Shown here in pieces: positions 34,487 through 45,056 of a stretch of 64,000 bases of DNA (position 1 is its first letter; the number at the start of each line of letters is the position of its first letter). The notes under the pieces were generated by a model. That model saw nothing but the letters and a program-made list of their open reading frames with translations, searched no databases and was not told where the DNA came from. Source of the DNA: Candidatus Endobugula sp. (GTDB taxonomy: Bacteria > Pseudomonadota > Gammaproteobacteria > Pseudomonadales > Cellvibrionaceae); NCBI GenBank assembly GCA_047636495.1, contig JBLILH010000012.1:27083-91082 (forward strand). Direction: 5' to 3'. The position numbers and the translations under genes were made by a program.

Positions 34487-36193
34487 GTGATGGCAACAGC
34501 AGACACGACGGCAGGTGCCGGCGAAGGTTTTAATAAAGATCAATCGACCAGCAATCTTGTCGAAGGGTTTAATAATCTAAATTTATTAAGACAAGTCGGC
34601 TTAATGGTAGCGCTGGCCGCCAGTGTCGCGATTGGCTTTGCTGTCGTGTTGTGGACTCAAGAAGATGATTATCGTCCGCTATACAGTAGCCTTAACCAAT
34701 TAGATTCTTCAGAAATTATTACCATTCTTGAGCAAAATGCCATTGCGTTTAAAGTTGATACTAAAACCGGTGCATTACTTGTCACCGCCCAAGATATACA
34801 CGCTGCAAGACTAAAGTTAGCTGAAGTTGGTTTGCCGAGTACCGGTTCGATTGGCTTCGAGATCTTAGATAAAGAGCAACCTTTGGGTTCAAGCCAGTTT
34901 ATGGAAGCGACACGTTACCGTCGTGGTTTAGAAGGTGAATTGGCACGTACGATCTCCAGCATGAATGCTGTCCGTTCGGCGCGTGTGCATTTGGCAATTC
35001 CTAAGCGGTCGGTGTTTGTTCGTGATGCGCGTGAGCCGAGAGCATCGATTTTTGTTGAGTTATATTCTGGCCGGGCCATTACGGGCCAACAGGTGGCCGC
35101 TATGAGTAATTTAGTTGCCTCAAGTATTACCGAACTTTCACTTAAAAATGTCACTATTGTCGATCAAAAGGGTAATCTGCTATCTAAAGGCGAAGAAGAC
35201 CCTAAGTTAGTGAAAGCGGCACAAGAATTAGAATATACTAGTGAAGTTGAGAAAAAAATCATCAATCGAATCCAATCATTATTGGACCCCATTATAGGTA
35301 GTAACCGCTTTCGGGCAGAAGTTGCTGCTCAAGTCGATTTTAATCAAGTTGAGCAAGCAGAGGAAATGTTCAACCCAGATCTACCCTCTATTCGTAGTGA
35401 ACAGACTGTCGATGAGCAACGCGTAGGAAGTGGTGGTGTAGGAGGAATTCCCGGCGCATTGACAAACCAACCACCGGCCAATGCCGCAGCACCTGAAAAT
35501 GCTGTGCCAGGCGGCGGCGACGCGGCCGATCCTCCGAGTAACTCACGATCACAAGCGACACGTAATTTCGAATTAGATCGTACTATGAGTTATACCAAGC
35601 ATCAGGTAGGTAAAGTGCGTCGCTTATCTGTTGCCGTTGTTATCGATGACCGACTAGTAACAGACCCTTCAACGGGAGAGCAAAAGTATGAAACATGGGC
35701 AGACAACGAGATTGAACGATTATCTATTCTAGTGCGCGACGCGGTTGGCTTTTCAGCAGCGCGTGGTGACAGTGTTAATATTATTAACACTCCTTTCTTA
35801 AATAATGCCTTATCAGCAGAGGAGATCCCTGCTGCTAATTTTTGGGAAGAAGAGTGGTTTACGTCTTTAATTAAGCCATTAGTGGGTTTATTTATTATTT
35901 TGATTATAGTGTTAGGCCTATTGCGGCCTATATTGAAAACACTGGCGCGAACCGGTTCAGATACTCGCGACGACGAAGAAGCTCAACAATTAGCAGCACT
36001 GGAGGCAGCAGGTTTAGGTTCATTTGACGAGCTTTCTGACGAGTCCGTTACGTTAACGGGAGGTATTTCTCTATCACTACCCGGGCCGGAAGAAAGTTAT
36101 GAGCAAATGCTCAATAGCATAAAAGGTCTAGTAGCCGAAGACCCAGGTAGAGTATCTCAAGTTATTAAAAGATGGATAAATGAAGATGAGTGA
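34487..36193 (+). CDS. fliF: Flagellar MS-ring protein FliF
   Basis: GFEILDKEQPLGSSQFME, LEGELARTI, ARVHLAIPK, two TM segments. Confidence 0.97.
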   Translation: MMATADTTAGAGEGFNKDQSTSNLVEGFNNLNLLRQVGLMVALAASVAIGFAVVLWTQEDDYRPLYSSLNQLDSSEIITILEQNAIAFKVDTKTGALLVTAQDIHAARLKLAEVGLPSTGSIGFEILDKEQPLGSSQFMEATRYRRGLEGELARTISSMNAVRSARVHLAIPKRSVFVRDAREPRASIFVELYSGRAITGQQVAAMSNLVASSITELSLKNVTIVDQKGNLLSKGEEDPKLVKAAQELEYTSEVEKKIINRIQSLLDPIIGSNRFRAEVAAQVDFNQVEQAEEMFNPDLPSIRSEQTVDEQRVGSGGVGGIPGALTNQPPANAAAPENAVPGGGDAADPPSNSRSQATRNFELDRTMSYTKHQVGKVRRLSVAVVIDDRLVTDPSTGEQKYETWADNEIERLSILVRDAVGFSAARGDSVNIINTPFLNNALSAEEIPAANFWEEEWFTSLIKPLVGLFIILIIVLGLLRPILKTLARTGSDTRDDEEAQQLAALEAAGLGSFDELSDESVTLTGGISLSLPGPEESYEQMLNSIKGLVAEDPGRVSQVIKRWINEDE

Positions 36194-37211
36194 AGAGATC
36201 CCAACAGCACCAACAACATTAAATATGCCTAAGGTACAGCAAGCTGCCATATTATTAATGAGCTTAGGGGAGGCCGATGCGGCTGCAGTGTTAAAGCATA
36301 TGGGGCCTAAAGAAGTGCAGCGCGTAGGGGCAGCGATGAGTCAATTAGCCAATGTCGAACAAGAGCAAGTACATATTGTGTTGACTAATTTTATGGAGCA
36401 GGTCAGAAACTTAACTGGACTTGGTGTCGGATCAGACAATTATATTCGTGGTATGTTGGTAACCGCATTAGGTGAAGACAAAGCGAGTGGCTTAATAGAT
36501 AGGATTATTTTAGGGGGTAATACTAGTGGTTTAGATACATTAAAATGGATGGAATCTCGATCTATTGCCGATATTGTCAGAAATGAGCATCCACAAATTC
36601 AAGCTATTGTTTTAGCATATCTCGACTCTGATCAATCAGCCGAAGTGCTAGGCTACTTCCCTGAAGCGGTTCGTCTGGATATTATGATGCGTATATCTGC
36701 CCTAGATTCTGTGCAACCAGGAGCACTGCAGGAATTAAATGATATTTTAGAGAAGCAGTTTTCTGGCAGCGCTGGTTCGCAAACCACCACAATGGGTGGT
36801 TATAAGTGTGCTGCTGAAATTATGAATAACTTGGATAGTAATATCGAAGGTGATTTAATGGAGGCTATTAAAGAAGTGGATGAAGATCTGGGCAATCAAA
36901 TACAAGATCTTATGTTTGTGTTTGATAATTTACGTGATGTTGATGACCGAGGGATTCAATCGTTACTTCGAGAAGTGTCATCCGAGTTACTGATTATCGC
37001 GCTCAAAGGTGCTGATAATGATTTGCAAGAAAAAATATTCGCCAATATGTCTAAACGTGCTGCTGAATTATTACGCGATGACTTAGAAGCAAAAGGTCCG
37101 GTTAGAATTTCTGAAGTAGAGGGTGCACAAAAAGAAATTCTTGCTATTGCACGTCGTATGGCCGATGCAGGAGAAATCATGCTGGGTGGAAGCGGTGAGC
37201 AGATGGTATAG
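36186..37211 (+). CDS. fliG: Flagellar motor switch protein FliG
   Basis: AAILLMSLGE, EHPQIQA, MFVF, LRDDLEAKGPVR. Confidence 0.97.
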   Translation: MSEEIPTAPTTLNMPKVQQAAILLMSLGEADAAAVLKHMGPKEVQRVGAAMSQLANVEQEQVHIVLTNFMEQVRNLTGLGVGSDNYIRGMLVTALGEDKASGLIDRIILGGNTSGLDTLKWMESRSIADIVRNEHPQIQAIVLAYLDSDQSAEVLGYFPEAVRLDIMMRISALDSVQPGALQELNDILEKQFSGSAGSQTTTMGGYKCAAEIMNNLDSNIEGDLMEAIKEVDEDLGNQIQDLMFVFDNLRDVDDRGIQSLLREVSSELLIIALKGADNDLQEKIFANMSKRAAELLRDDLEAKGPVRISEVEGAQKEILAIARRMADAGEIMLGGSGEQMV

Positions 37212-37316
37212 CATTAAGGTTCTATTTGAAAATATACTATTTCTAATGGTTTAGATTATGTTAGAACTGGATCAATGAGTATGTTAATTAAACAATCATA
37301 ATATAAGTGTTTTACT

Positions 37317-38441
37317 ATGCCTGAGTATGTCAAACGCATTCCTGCTGAAGATATTAAACAATTTACAAACTGGTTATTACCTGTTGTCGATTCTGACAAT
37401 ATTGTGACAGCGGTAAAACAAAATAATAATATAAAAAGACGTGTGATTGAAGAAAAAGAAAAAAGAAAAAAGATACAAGAAAGTGATGCAAAAAAAATAC
37501 TCGATGACGCATCCACCCACAATATTAAAGAAGAAATCATTGACGAAGAAATTGATGATTCTACTTTTGTTCATTCTGTATCAGCTGAACAGCTTAAAAA
37601 AATGACCGATGAAGCTGAAAAAGAAGGCTACGCTGACGGTTATGAAAAAGGTTTTAATAAAGCTAAAGACGATGGTTTTCAGCAGGGTATTGAAAAATCA
37701 AAAAAAGAGGGCCAAATAGATATTGACGAAAAAGTCGCTCGCTTAAAGTGTATTGGAGATGAATTAGTCAATTTTTTTGATGAAGAAAAAAATCATCTCG
37801 AACAACAACTGCTAGAGATGATTTGCCAGTTAACTAAAACTGTTGTTAAGCGAGAGTTAACTCTTAACTCTGACAGTATCCTCTCCGTTGTCCGAGATAG
37901 CTTGGCCCTACTTGCCGATAGAACAAAGCGAGTGACTCTATATTTACATTCACAGGATATGACCTTGGTTGAATCGACATTTTCTGAGAGTGAGTACGAT
38001 ATCATTATCGAGGTAGATGATGACTTACTCCCCGGTGGTTGTCGTATAGACAATCAGCATACATTGATTAACGCCTCTGTTAACGATCAGCTAGATGATG
38101 TAATAAACCGCTTTTTGCATGATAGCGAGCCACAATCTGAGGCAGATATTAAAGCCAGTAGAGAAGCCGCTAGTGCGCTTAAAAAAAATGATATTGATAA
38201 TAAAATCAAGAACAACAGTGATGTTAATAGCGATGCGAGTGGCGAGGAAGATATTGATGAGAACAGTAAAATAAATACAGGAGAAAAACACCAGCCACCC
38301 AATGATAATATCTCTCATCAGGTCGAAAATGAATCACTATCACAACAAAAGATTGACACAGAAATTGAGTCAACATTTATTTCTGATCCAGAATCTTCCT
38401 TTAGTTCAGATATAGAGGGTAAGCCAGATGCCATCGAATAG
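37317..38441 (+). CDS. fliH: Flagellar assembly protein FliH with a long polar C-terminal tail
   Basis: W.LP N-motif, AxxxGxxxG repeats (AEKEGYADGYEKGF), LLPGGCRI; position between fliG and fliI. Confidence 0.88.
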   Translation: MPEYVKRIPAEDIKQFTNWLLPVVDSDNIVTAVKQNNNIKRRVIEEKEKRKKIQESDAKKILDDASTHNIKEEIIDEEIDDSTFVHSVSAEQLKKMTDEAEKEGYADGYEKGFNKAKDDGFQQGIEKSKKEGQIDIDEKVARLKCIGDELVNFFDEEKNHLEQQLLEMICQLTKTVVKRELTLNSDSILSVVRDSLALLADRTKRVTLYLHSQDMTLVESTFSESEYDIIIEVDDDLLPGGCRIDNQHTLINASVNDQLDDVINRFLHDSEPQSEADIKASREAASALKKNDIDNKIKNNSDVNSDASGEEDIDENSKINTGEKHQPPNDNISHQVENESLSQQKIDTEIESTFISDPESSFSSDIEGKPDAIE

Positions 38442-39831
38442 CTTATCGCTTTCAGAACGTCTTAAAAATTACCAAGCCCCTGTTACGCAAACCCATCAAC
38501 CTGTTGTCGAAGGCCGGCTGATACGTGTTGTTGGCTTAACCATGGAAGCGGTTGGTTTTCATGCGGCTATAGGTTGCCCTTGTTCTGTCATTAATGATGA
38601 CGGTGATGCTTTAGAGGCAGAGGTGGTCGGTTTCAGTGGTGATAAATTATTCTTAATGCCGGTTAAATCGATTCAAGGTGTCCGTTCTGGGGCTAGAGTT
38701 ATTCCTCAACAACACAGTAATCAATTGGTGATTAATGACCAGCTGCTTGGTCGAGTCATTGATGGCCTGGGTCACCCTCTTGATGATTTAGGTGCGCTGG
38801 ATAGTACGCCAACTACCGAATCGAGCCATCCAACAGCGCAAGTGCGAATAAACCCCCTGCAGCGAGCGCCTATTGTCGAGGCTCTTGATGTGGGAATTCG
38901 TGCCATTAACGCACTCATCCCCGTCGGTAAAGGCCAGCGTTTAGGTCTGTTTGCGGGAAGTGGTGTGGGGAAAAGCGTCTTGCTCGGTATGATGACTCGC
39001 TTTACTACCGCAGATGTCGTTGTGGTGGGGTTAATTGGCGAGCGTGGACGAGAAGTAAAAGAGTTTATCGATCATAGCTTGGGCGAAGAAGGCTTAAAGC
39101 GTTCTGTTGTTGTGGCTTCTCCAGCGGATGAAAGTCCCTTGATGCGTCTGCGGGCTTCTCAGTTAGCCAGTCAAATAGCCGAATATTATCGTGATCAAGG
39201 TAAAGAGGTACTGTTGTTAATGGACTCGTTAACCCGGTATGCACAAGCTCAACGAGAAATTGCCTTGGCTATCGGCGAGCCGCCAGCCACTAAGGGTTAT
39301 CCGCCCTCTGTGTTTGCTAAACTCCCCCAATTGGTTGAACGAGCCGGGAACGGTAAAGTCGGTAGCGGTTCTATAACCGCTTTTTATACGGTGCTGACCG
39401 AAGGGGATGATTTACAAGACCCTATTGCAGACTCCGCACGCGCTATCTTGGATGGTCATGTAGTGCTGTCTCGTCAGTTAGCCGAAAGCGGCATTTACCC
39501 CGCGATTGATGTCGAAATGTCTATTAGCCGGGTCACTAATAATATTCTCGATAAAACGCATATACAATGGCTGCAACGATTCAAACAGCTGATGGCGACT
39601 TATTATAAAAATCGCGACCTGATCAATATTGGTGCCTATGTTAGGGGTACGGATAAAGACGTGGATTTAGCCTTAGACTATTTTTCTCGGCTGCAGCAAT
39701 TTATACAACAAGACATTGCTGAACCAGTATCGTGTGAAACGAGCTTAATTGAATTAAAAGCCATTATGATAAGTATTGATGCTGGTAGTGCCTCGCCTAG
39801 CTACGTCCCTAATCCGGCCTCACTAGGATGA
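38428..39831 (+). CDS. fliI: Flagellar export ATPase FliI
   Basis: GLFAGSGVGKS, LIGERGRE, MDSLTR, GEPPATKGYPPS. Confidence 0.97.
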   Translation: MPSNSLSLSERLKNYQAPVTQTHQPVVEGRLIRVVGLTMEAVGFHAAIGCPCSVINDDGDALEAEVVGFSGDKLFLMPVKSIQGVRSGARVIPQQHSNQLVINDQLLGRVIDGLGHPLDDLGALDSTPTTESSHPTAQVRINPLQRAPIVEALDVGIRAINALIPVGKGQRLGLFAGSGVGKSVLLGMMTRFTTADVVVVGLIGERGREVKEFIDHSLGEEGLKRSVVVASPADESPLMRLRASQLASQIAEYYRDQGKEVLLLMDSLTRYAQAQREIALAIGEPPATKGYPPSVFAKLPQLVERAGNGKVGSGSITAFYTVLTEGDDLQDPIADSARAILDGHVVLSRQLAESGIYPAIDVEMSISRVTNNILDKTHIQWLQRFKQLMATYYKNRDLINIGAYVRGTDKDVDLALDYFSRLQQFIQQDIAEPVSCETSLIELKAIMISIDAGSASPSYVPNPASLG

Positions 39832-40280
39832 GCCAATCGTCTACAGCCCCCCTTTTATTAGTACTGCAACAGGCAAAAAAAATACAGGAATCGATGGCTA
39901 AAAAGGTACATGCAGCCAATGCCTTTATTCAACAAGAACAGGTGCAAGCAAAAAATCTAGACGATTATTTAAACGAATACCAAAAAAAAATACGCGGACA
40001 ACACAGGTGTACTGTGTCTGAAACTATGCGTTACAGGGGGTTTTGTGCTCAGTTAGAAAGCGCGTTAGAGCAACAACGTGAAAAAGTGCGCTTAGCCAAA
40101 TCACACCTTACTCTGCTCCGTCATTCGCTTATGCAGCAGCAGCACAAAACAGCAGTGCTAGAGGACCTCATCAAAAAAAAACAACAACATGTTAATGTCG
40201 TTGATGAAAAGAAGTTACAAGCACTGGTAGACGAATTATCGGCTCGACAATATATAACTTCGAATAATCAAATGACGTAA
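39828..40280 (+). CDS. fliJ: Flagellar export protein FliJ
   Basis: 150-aa coiled-coil protein overlapping the fliI stop; KKLQALVDE C-terminal pattern. Confidence 0.85.
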   Translation: MSQSSTAPLLLVLQQAKKIQESMAKKVHAANAFIQQEQVQAKNLDDYLNEYQKKIRGQHRCTVSETMRYRGFCAQLESALEQQREKVRLAKSHLTLLRHSLMQQQHKTAVLEDLIKKKQQHVNVVDEKKLQALVDELSARQYITSNNQMT

Positions 40281-40464
40281 CGAGTGCTTCGTAGGAGCGT
40301 CCATTTATCCTTGCTGAATCACGCGGGTACTGACGAGTCGATAGTCGGGGGTAACCGCTTAACCGGTCACTCACTGAACATCATACCGTTAGTAGGCTCG
40401 ATAAATATCTACATGTTAAATAAGGTCCTAGTTTCATTATTGCCGACTCGATAAATAGTTATGT

Positions 40465-40480
40465 TGGTACTCAACTTGCA
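40465..40480 (+). promoter_or_regulatory. sigma54 promoter upstream of fliK
   Basis: TGGTAC-TCAAC-TTGCA. Confidence 0.65.
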
Positions 40481-40626
40481 GTCATTGAACTGAAGCACTA
40501 ATGAAAGGCTGTATTAGGCTATTTTTTCCGGTAACAGGTAATTTTTTGCCTTACTAGGGTGGTGCGTGTGACTAACAGTATTAAGGCGGCGAAGCGATGC
40601 CGTGTTATCAGTGGGTGGAGATGCTT

Positions 40627-41898
40627 ATGAATCAGACAAATCTAGGGGCTATGTCAGGGGGTGTATTTCCTGCCCACTCTACATCAGTGGAAAAAACATC
40701 AACTAATGACACCGTTAATAAAAGAAGTACTAGTGATCGCAGCGATTTTAAAGTAAATATGGCGGCGGCCAATAAAGAAACAGACAACAGCAAACGTCAG
40801 GCATCCGCAGCGCATCAAACTCGTGATGGTAAACCAGATGATTCTGCTCTCAATCCTTCAAGTCGTTCATCAGAGGAAGCAGGTGCTGATGGCAACGATG
40901 TTGGAGGTGAATCTGAGCTGTCATCAACGTACCTTGAACCTGCGGTAGAGCCTTCACTTGCCTTAGGGCTTATTAACCCTGCTAGCATTACTGTTGACGG
41001 CGCACTGACAAGAACTATGGCAAGTCCTATGGCAAGTCCTATGGCAAGCATACTAGATAGCTCTGATTCGATTGGCCTGGTGCCTTTAGACTCAGTGCCA
41101 TCACCACAAGTGGTCAGTAACACATTCACTTCTGTAGATAGCGGCTCCCCTTTAGCGAACATGCAGACACTGCCTTCTGCTATCACTAAAACCCTGATTG
41201 CAGAACAGCAAATGTCACCATCGGCGAATAACGCTTCTCCTAGTGTCTTGGCATCGTTAGTTGGGTCTACTTCGTTACCTTCTAATCAATTATTTAATAA
41301 ACTGCTGGCGGATAATGCGGGCTCATCGACGGTGCACCGTGTCGATAGCGAGGCGTTTGACATTGCCTCAGCGATGAGTAAAGAATTTGACAAAGGTCAG
41401 CTTTCCTCTGTTTTTGTTACTCCGCTCATGGCAAGTAAATTATCGGCTGATTTGATACCCTCAACCCCTCTATCACTGAATACCTCATTTCAGTCCGCTG
41501 GACAGTGGGGGCAAGCGGTGACAGATAAAGTGATGTGGATGTCATCAAAAGGGATAAAAGAAGCCACAATCCAGTTAGATCCGCCTGAATTAGGTGCCTT
41601 GCAAGTAAAGGTCAGTGTGAATCAAGATCAGGCGCAAGTTAGTTTCACAGTACAGCATGCAAGTGTTAGAGAGGCGTTAGATCAGCAGTCTATGCGTTTA
41701 CGAGAGATGTTTGCCGAAGAGGGACTTAATCTTGCGGATGTTGATGTGTCTGATCAATCTCAGCAGGAGGACACCCCGTCGGAGCAAGATTCACACCGCT
41801 CACCTCAAGAGTCATCCATGGTTGATGGCGTCGAAGTGCATACTACGCCCCTGTACTCATCAAGCCAGAGCTATAGTTTAGTTGATGCTTATATTTAA
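40627..41898 (+). CDS. fliK: Flagellar hook-length control protein FliK
   Basis: Low-complexity S/T-rich N-terminus; C-domain ATIQLDPPELGALQVKV...LREMFAEEGLNL; start after GGAG at 40627. Confidence 0.9.
   Translation: MNQTNLGAMSGGVFPAHSTSVEKTSTNDTVNKRSTSDRSDFKVNMAAANKETDNSKRQASAAHQTRDGKPDDSALNPSSRSSEEAGADGNDVGGESELSSTYLEPAVEPSLALGLINPASITVDGALTRTMASPMASPMASILDSSDSIGLVPLDSVPSPQVVSNTFTSVDSGSPLANMQTLPSAITKTLIAEQQMSPSANNASPSVLASLVGSTSLPSNQLFNKLLADNAGSSTVHRVDSEAFDIASAMSKEFDKGQLSSVFVTPLMASKLSADLIPSTPLSLNTSFQSAGQWGQAVTDKVMWMSSKGIKEATIQLDPPELGALQVKVSVNQDQAQVSFTVQHASVREALDQQSMRLREMFAEEGLNLADVDVSDQSQQEDTPSEQDSHRSPQESSMVDGVEVHTTPLYSSSQSYSLVDAYI
41015..41048 (+). repeat. 12-bp tandem repeat in fliK (MASP-MASP-MAS)
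   Basis: ATGGCAAGTCCT twice plus ATGGCAAG. Confidence 0.9.
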
Positions 41899-42254
41899 AC
41901 CCTAGGCTTAAAATTCATAACTACAGGTTATATTTCATACCCGTTTTATCTAATCTCCATTACCGAGACAGAATAAATCAACACCATAATGTCGAATAAT
42001 TTGCCAAATGGAGTGTATTATTGTAGATGTTGACGATCAAAAACTACCATCTAGAATAAATTGGCGTCCTCAAGTTCATTTCGTCACTCACCCTATTTAT
42101 GCGGTATATAGTGGTATACAATAATTACTTAATAAGCGTATTTTCCAATATTAACGAATCGTAGACCTATCTCCGATAATGTCTTTTTTCATATTCCCCC
42201 ACTTTTACTTTTTATACTATCCTCTAATGACTGGCGGAGGATTCTGCTTTTTTA

Positions 42255-42270
42255 TGGCACACCAATTGCT
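42255..42270 (+). promoter_or_regulatory. sigma54 promoter of the fliL operon
   Basis: TGGCAC-ACCAA-TTGCT, perfect consensus. Confidence 0.8.
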
Positions 42271-42308
42271 GGTACACTAATAGAATCATTTTACGACGGA
42301 TTTTTGAC

Positions 42309-42866
42309 ATGGCAGATGACAATATTGACGACGAAGATATCGAAATTGAAGAAAATAGTAGTAGTAAAAAGAAAATTATTATTTTTGCGGTCGTCGGCGT
42401 ACTACTGTTCAGTATTTCAGTGGGAGGTACATTGCTAGCGCTACAAATGTTGTCGCCTGAACCTATCGCGGAAGAAGTTAGTACAGAGAAGCTTGAGGTC
42501 GATGGCAATCTGGTAGAAGAGCTAGAACCAGTGGTTGATGCAAAAGGATATGCTATTTATTTTCCTTTAAAGCCCGCTATTGTTGTTAACTTTCAGGCAC
42601 GCGGACGGCAGCGTTTTTTGCAAGCCGACGTCACTTTGATGATGCGAGATAATGAGGTCGTCGAAGCAATAGAGACTCATATGCCGATGATTCGTAATGC
42701 TCTAGTATTAAAGTTTAGTTCGCAGACCTATGAAGATATGCAAACTGAGCAAGGTAGAGAACGTCTACGTCGAGAGTCGCTAGAAGAACTACAAAAAATT
42801 ATGTTACAAGAAATTGATAAAACAGGCATCGAAAAACTTTTGTTTACCAGCTTTGTTATGCAATAA
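42309..42866 (+). CDS. fliL: Flagellar basal body protein FliL
   Basis: KKK + single TM, IVVNF...RFLQ, PMIRN, LLFTSFVMQ C-terminus. Confidence 0.93.
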   Translation: MADDNIDDEDIEIEENSSSKKKIIIFAVVGVLLFSISVGGTLLALQMLSPEPIAEEVSTEKLEVDGNLVEELEPVVDAKGYAIYFPLKPAIVVNFQARGRQRFLQADVTLMMRDNEVVEAIETHMPMIRNALVLKFSSQTYEDMQTEQGRERLRRESLEELQKIMLQEIDKTGIEKLLFTSFVMQ

Positions 42867-42943
42867 GCCTGTGGTTAACTCAAAATTAATATTTGAAAAG
42901 AAGATAGAGAAATTTATATTCGCCAAACTATAAGGTATTTTCT

Positions 42944-43966
42944 GTGCAAGATTTATTATCACAAGATGAAATTGATGCGTTATTACATGGCGTAGATGAT
43001 GGCGATATTGATACTGGCGGTGATATGTCTCCAGGTGTGGTTAACGCTTATGATTTAACCACACAAGATCGAATCGTTCGTGGTCGTATGCCGACACTGG
43101 AAATGATTAACGAACGTTTTGCACGGTATACACGCATCAGTATGTTCAACTTGTTACGCCGCACAGCTGATGTCTCCGTAGGGGGCATTAATATTCAAAA
43201 ATTTGGTGAATATGTGCATACGCTGTATGTTCCTACTAGTCTCAATATGGTTAAGTTTCGCCCATTAAGAGGTACAGCCCTTGTCGTATTCGATGCTAAA
43301 TTAGTCTTTAAACTTGTCGATAATTTTTTTGGTGGCGACGGTCGCCATGCAAAAATTGAAGGTAGAGAGTTTACACCGACCGAATTACGCGTTGTACGTA
43401 TTGTACTTGATCAAGCTTTTATCGATATGAAAGAAGCTTGGCGGGCCATATTACCTCTTGACTTCGAACACGTTAATTCTGAAGTGAATCCATCAATGGC
43501 GAATATTGTTAGTCCCAGTGAAGTGGTGGTGGTAAGTAGTTTTCATGTTGAACTAGACGGAGGGGGGGGGGAAATGCACGTTACCATCCCTTACGCTATG
43601 ATTGAGCCCATCAGAGAAATGTTAGACGCTGGTTTACAAAGTGATAGCGATGAAAGAGACGATCGTTGGATCAATTCTCTACGCGAGGATATTATGCAGG
43701 CGAGCGTCCAGTTAGAAACAAAATTTGTTCAGTCGAAAATACTACTGCGCGATATCGTTGATTTGAAAAACGGCGATGTTATTCCTGTTGAGTTACCCGA
43801 CGAATACATCACTAAGGCAAATGGCGTGCCCATGTTTAAAGTCGATATTGGGCAAAGCAAAGGTAACTTCGCACTAAAAGTAAACGAAATTATTAAGCGA
43901 ACAAGAGCGAATGTAATTTCGCCCATTATGAAGTTAGCAGAAAAACAAGGGGCGAAAAATGAGTGA
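42944..43966 (+). CDS. fliM: Flagellar motor switch protein FliM
   Basis: LLSQDEIDALL CheY-binding motif, GRMPTLEMINERFAR, FFGGDG. Confidence 0.97.
   Translation: MQDLLSQDEIDALLHGVDDGDIDTGGDMSPGVVNAYDLTTQDRIVRGRMPTLEMINERFARYTRISMFNLLRRTADVSVGGINIQKFGEYVHTLYVPTSLNMVKFRPLRGTALVVFDAKLVFKLVDNFFGGDGRHAKIEGREFTPTELRVVRIVLDQAFIDMKEAWRAILPLDFEHVNSEVNPSMANIVSPSEVVVVSSFHVELDGGGGEMHVTIPYAMIEPIREMLDAGLQSDSDERDDRWINSLREDIMQASVQLETKFVQSKILLRDIVDLKNGDVIPVELPDEYITKANGVPMFKVDIGQSKGNFALKVNEIIKRTRANVISPIMKLAEKQGAKNE
43562..43571 (+). repeat. G10 homopolymer within fliM (currently in frame)
   Basis: GAC GGA GGG GGG GGG GAA encoding DGGGGE. Confidence 0.9.
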
Positions 43967-44390
43967 AGATGATGTTAATGATAACCCTGAAAAGGCATCT
44001 GAAGATGACGATTGGGCCGCAGCAATGCAGGAACAAGAAGTTTCGGAGGCGCAAGCAAGCGCAAAGGATGATACCGACTCTTTAGGATTTGAGGAGTTTG
44101 ATAATAAACCTACAGCGGGGACAGCAGTTTCTCCTGAAATAGATATTATTTTAGATATCCCCGTCACTATATCGATGGAGGTGGGTAGTACATCAATTAC
44201 TATTCGTAACTTACTCCAGCTAAACCAAGGGTCAGTTATCGAGCTTGATCGCTTAGCGGGTGAGCCTCTAAATGTTTTGGTGAATGGCACACTGATAGCT
44301 CATGGAGAAGTGGTTGTTGTAAATGAGAAATTCGGTATTCGCATGACCGACGTGATTAGCCCAGCAGAAAGAATTAAAAAATTGAGTTAA
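43959..44390 (+). CDS. fliN: Flagellar motor switch protein FliN
   Basis: DDWAAAM, ILDIPVTISMEVG, AHGEVVVVNEKFGIR. Confidence 0.97.
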   Translation: MSEDDVNDNPEKASEDDDWAAAMQEQEVSEAQASAKDDTDSLGFEEFDNKPTAGTAVSPEIDIILDIPVTISMEVGSTSITIRNLLQLNQGSVIELDRLAGEPLNVLVNGTLIAHGEVVVVNEKFGIRMTDVISPAERIKKLS

Positions 44391-44462
44391 GTGTTCATTA
44401 AAACTACATTCAAAATGTCGACATAAAAAATATTGCATGAATAATAATTTAGGTTTTGGACC

Positions 44463-45056
44463 ATGGCTAATAATAATAAAATAGTGAATATGTCAATATT
44501 TTTTGGTTTAGTATTGATATTTTTTTCTACATTCAGCTTTTCACAAAGCGAAGAAAAATTGATTGGAAATTCTATATCGGAGATCAATACGGTCACTTCT
44601 TCCGCTAGCCAAATACAACCTCCCGAAGCAGTGAAAGGTACAACCCATAAACTACCTAACTACGGGAAAAAAATTGCAGAAATGCTGCTCTATCTTGGCC
44701 TTATTGTAGGGCTGATATTTTTTTTGGCATGGATGGTGAAAAAAGCAGGCCATAATCGCCTTTCTCACACTCAGTTAATGAAAGTGACAGCTTGTTTACC
44801 ACTATCCACTAAGGAAAAGCTGATGGTAGTGCAAATCGGTGATGAGCAGGTGGTGATTGGTGTAGCCCCTGGGTTTGTTGGGCATATTATGTCGCTGAAG
44901 CAACCATTAGTGGTTGAGGCTAGTAATGCAGCGGATAAATCCTCTGCCGAGGAGAAAAAGAGAGAAGTGCAAGATATAAAAAAAACAATAGGGTCGGCAA
45001 GTTTCGCCACATTACTTTCACGTCTCCAGCAGGGTAAAGAATACAATGATAAATAG
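44463..45056 (+). CDS. fliO: Flagellar protein FliO
   Basis: [35 protein letters not shown]; position between fliN and fliP. Confidence 0.9.
   Translation: MANNNKIVNMSIFFGLVLIFFSTFSFSQSEEKLIGNSISEINTVTSSASQIQPPEAVKGTTHKLPNYGKKIAEMLLYLGLIVGLIFFLAWMVKKAGHNRLSHTQLMKVTACLPLSTKEKLMVVQIGDEQVVIGVAPGFVGHIMSLKQPLVVEASNAADKSSAEEKKREVQDIKKTIGSASFATLLSRLQQGKEYNDK

Noticed and set aside
39841-40181. A8, A9 and A9 runs in fliJ as contingency loci
   Set aside because: A8-A9 runs also occur in fliH, flhF, cheB and the ParP-like gene and reflect Lys codons in an AT-leaning genome; not specific.
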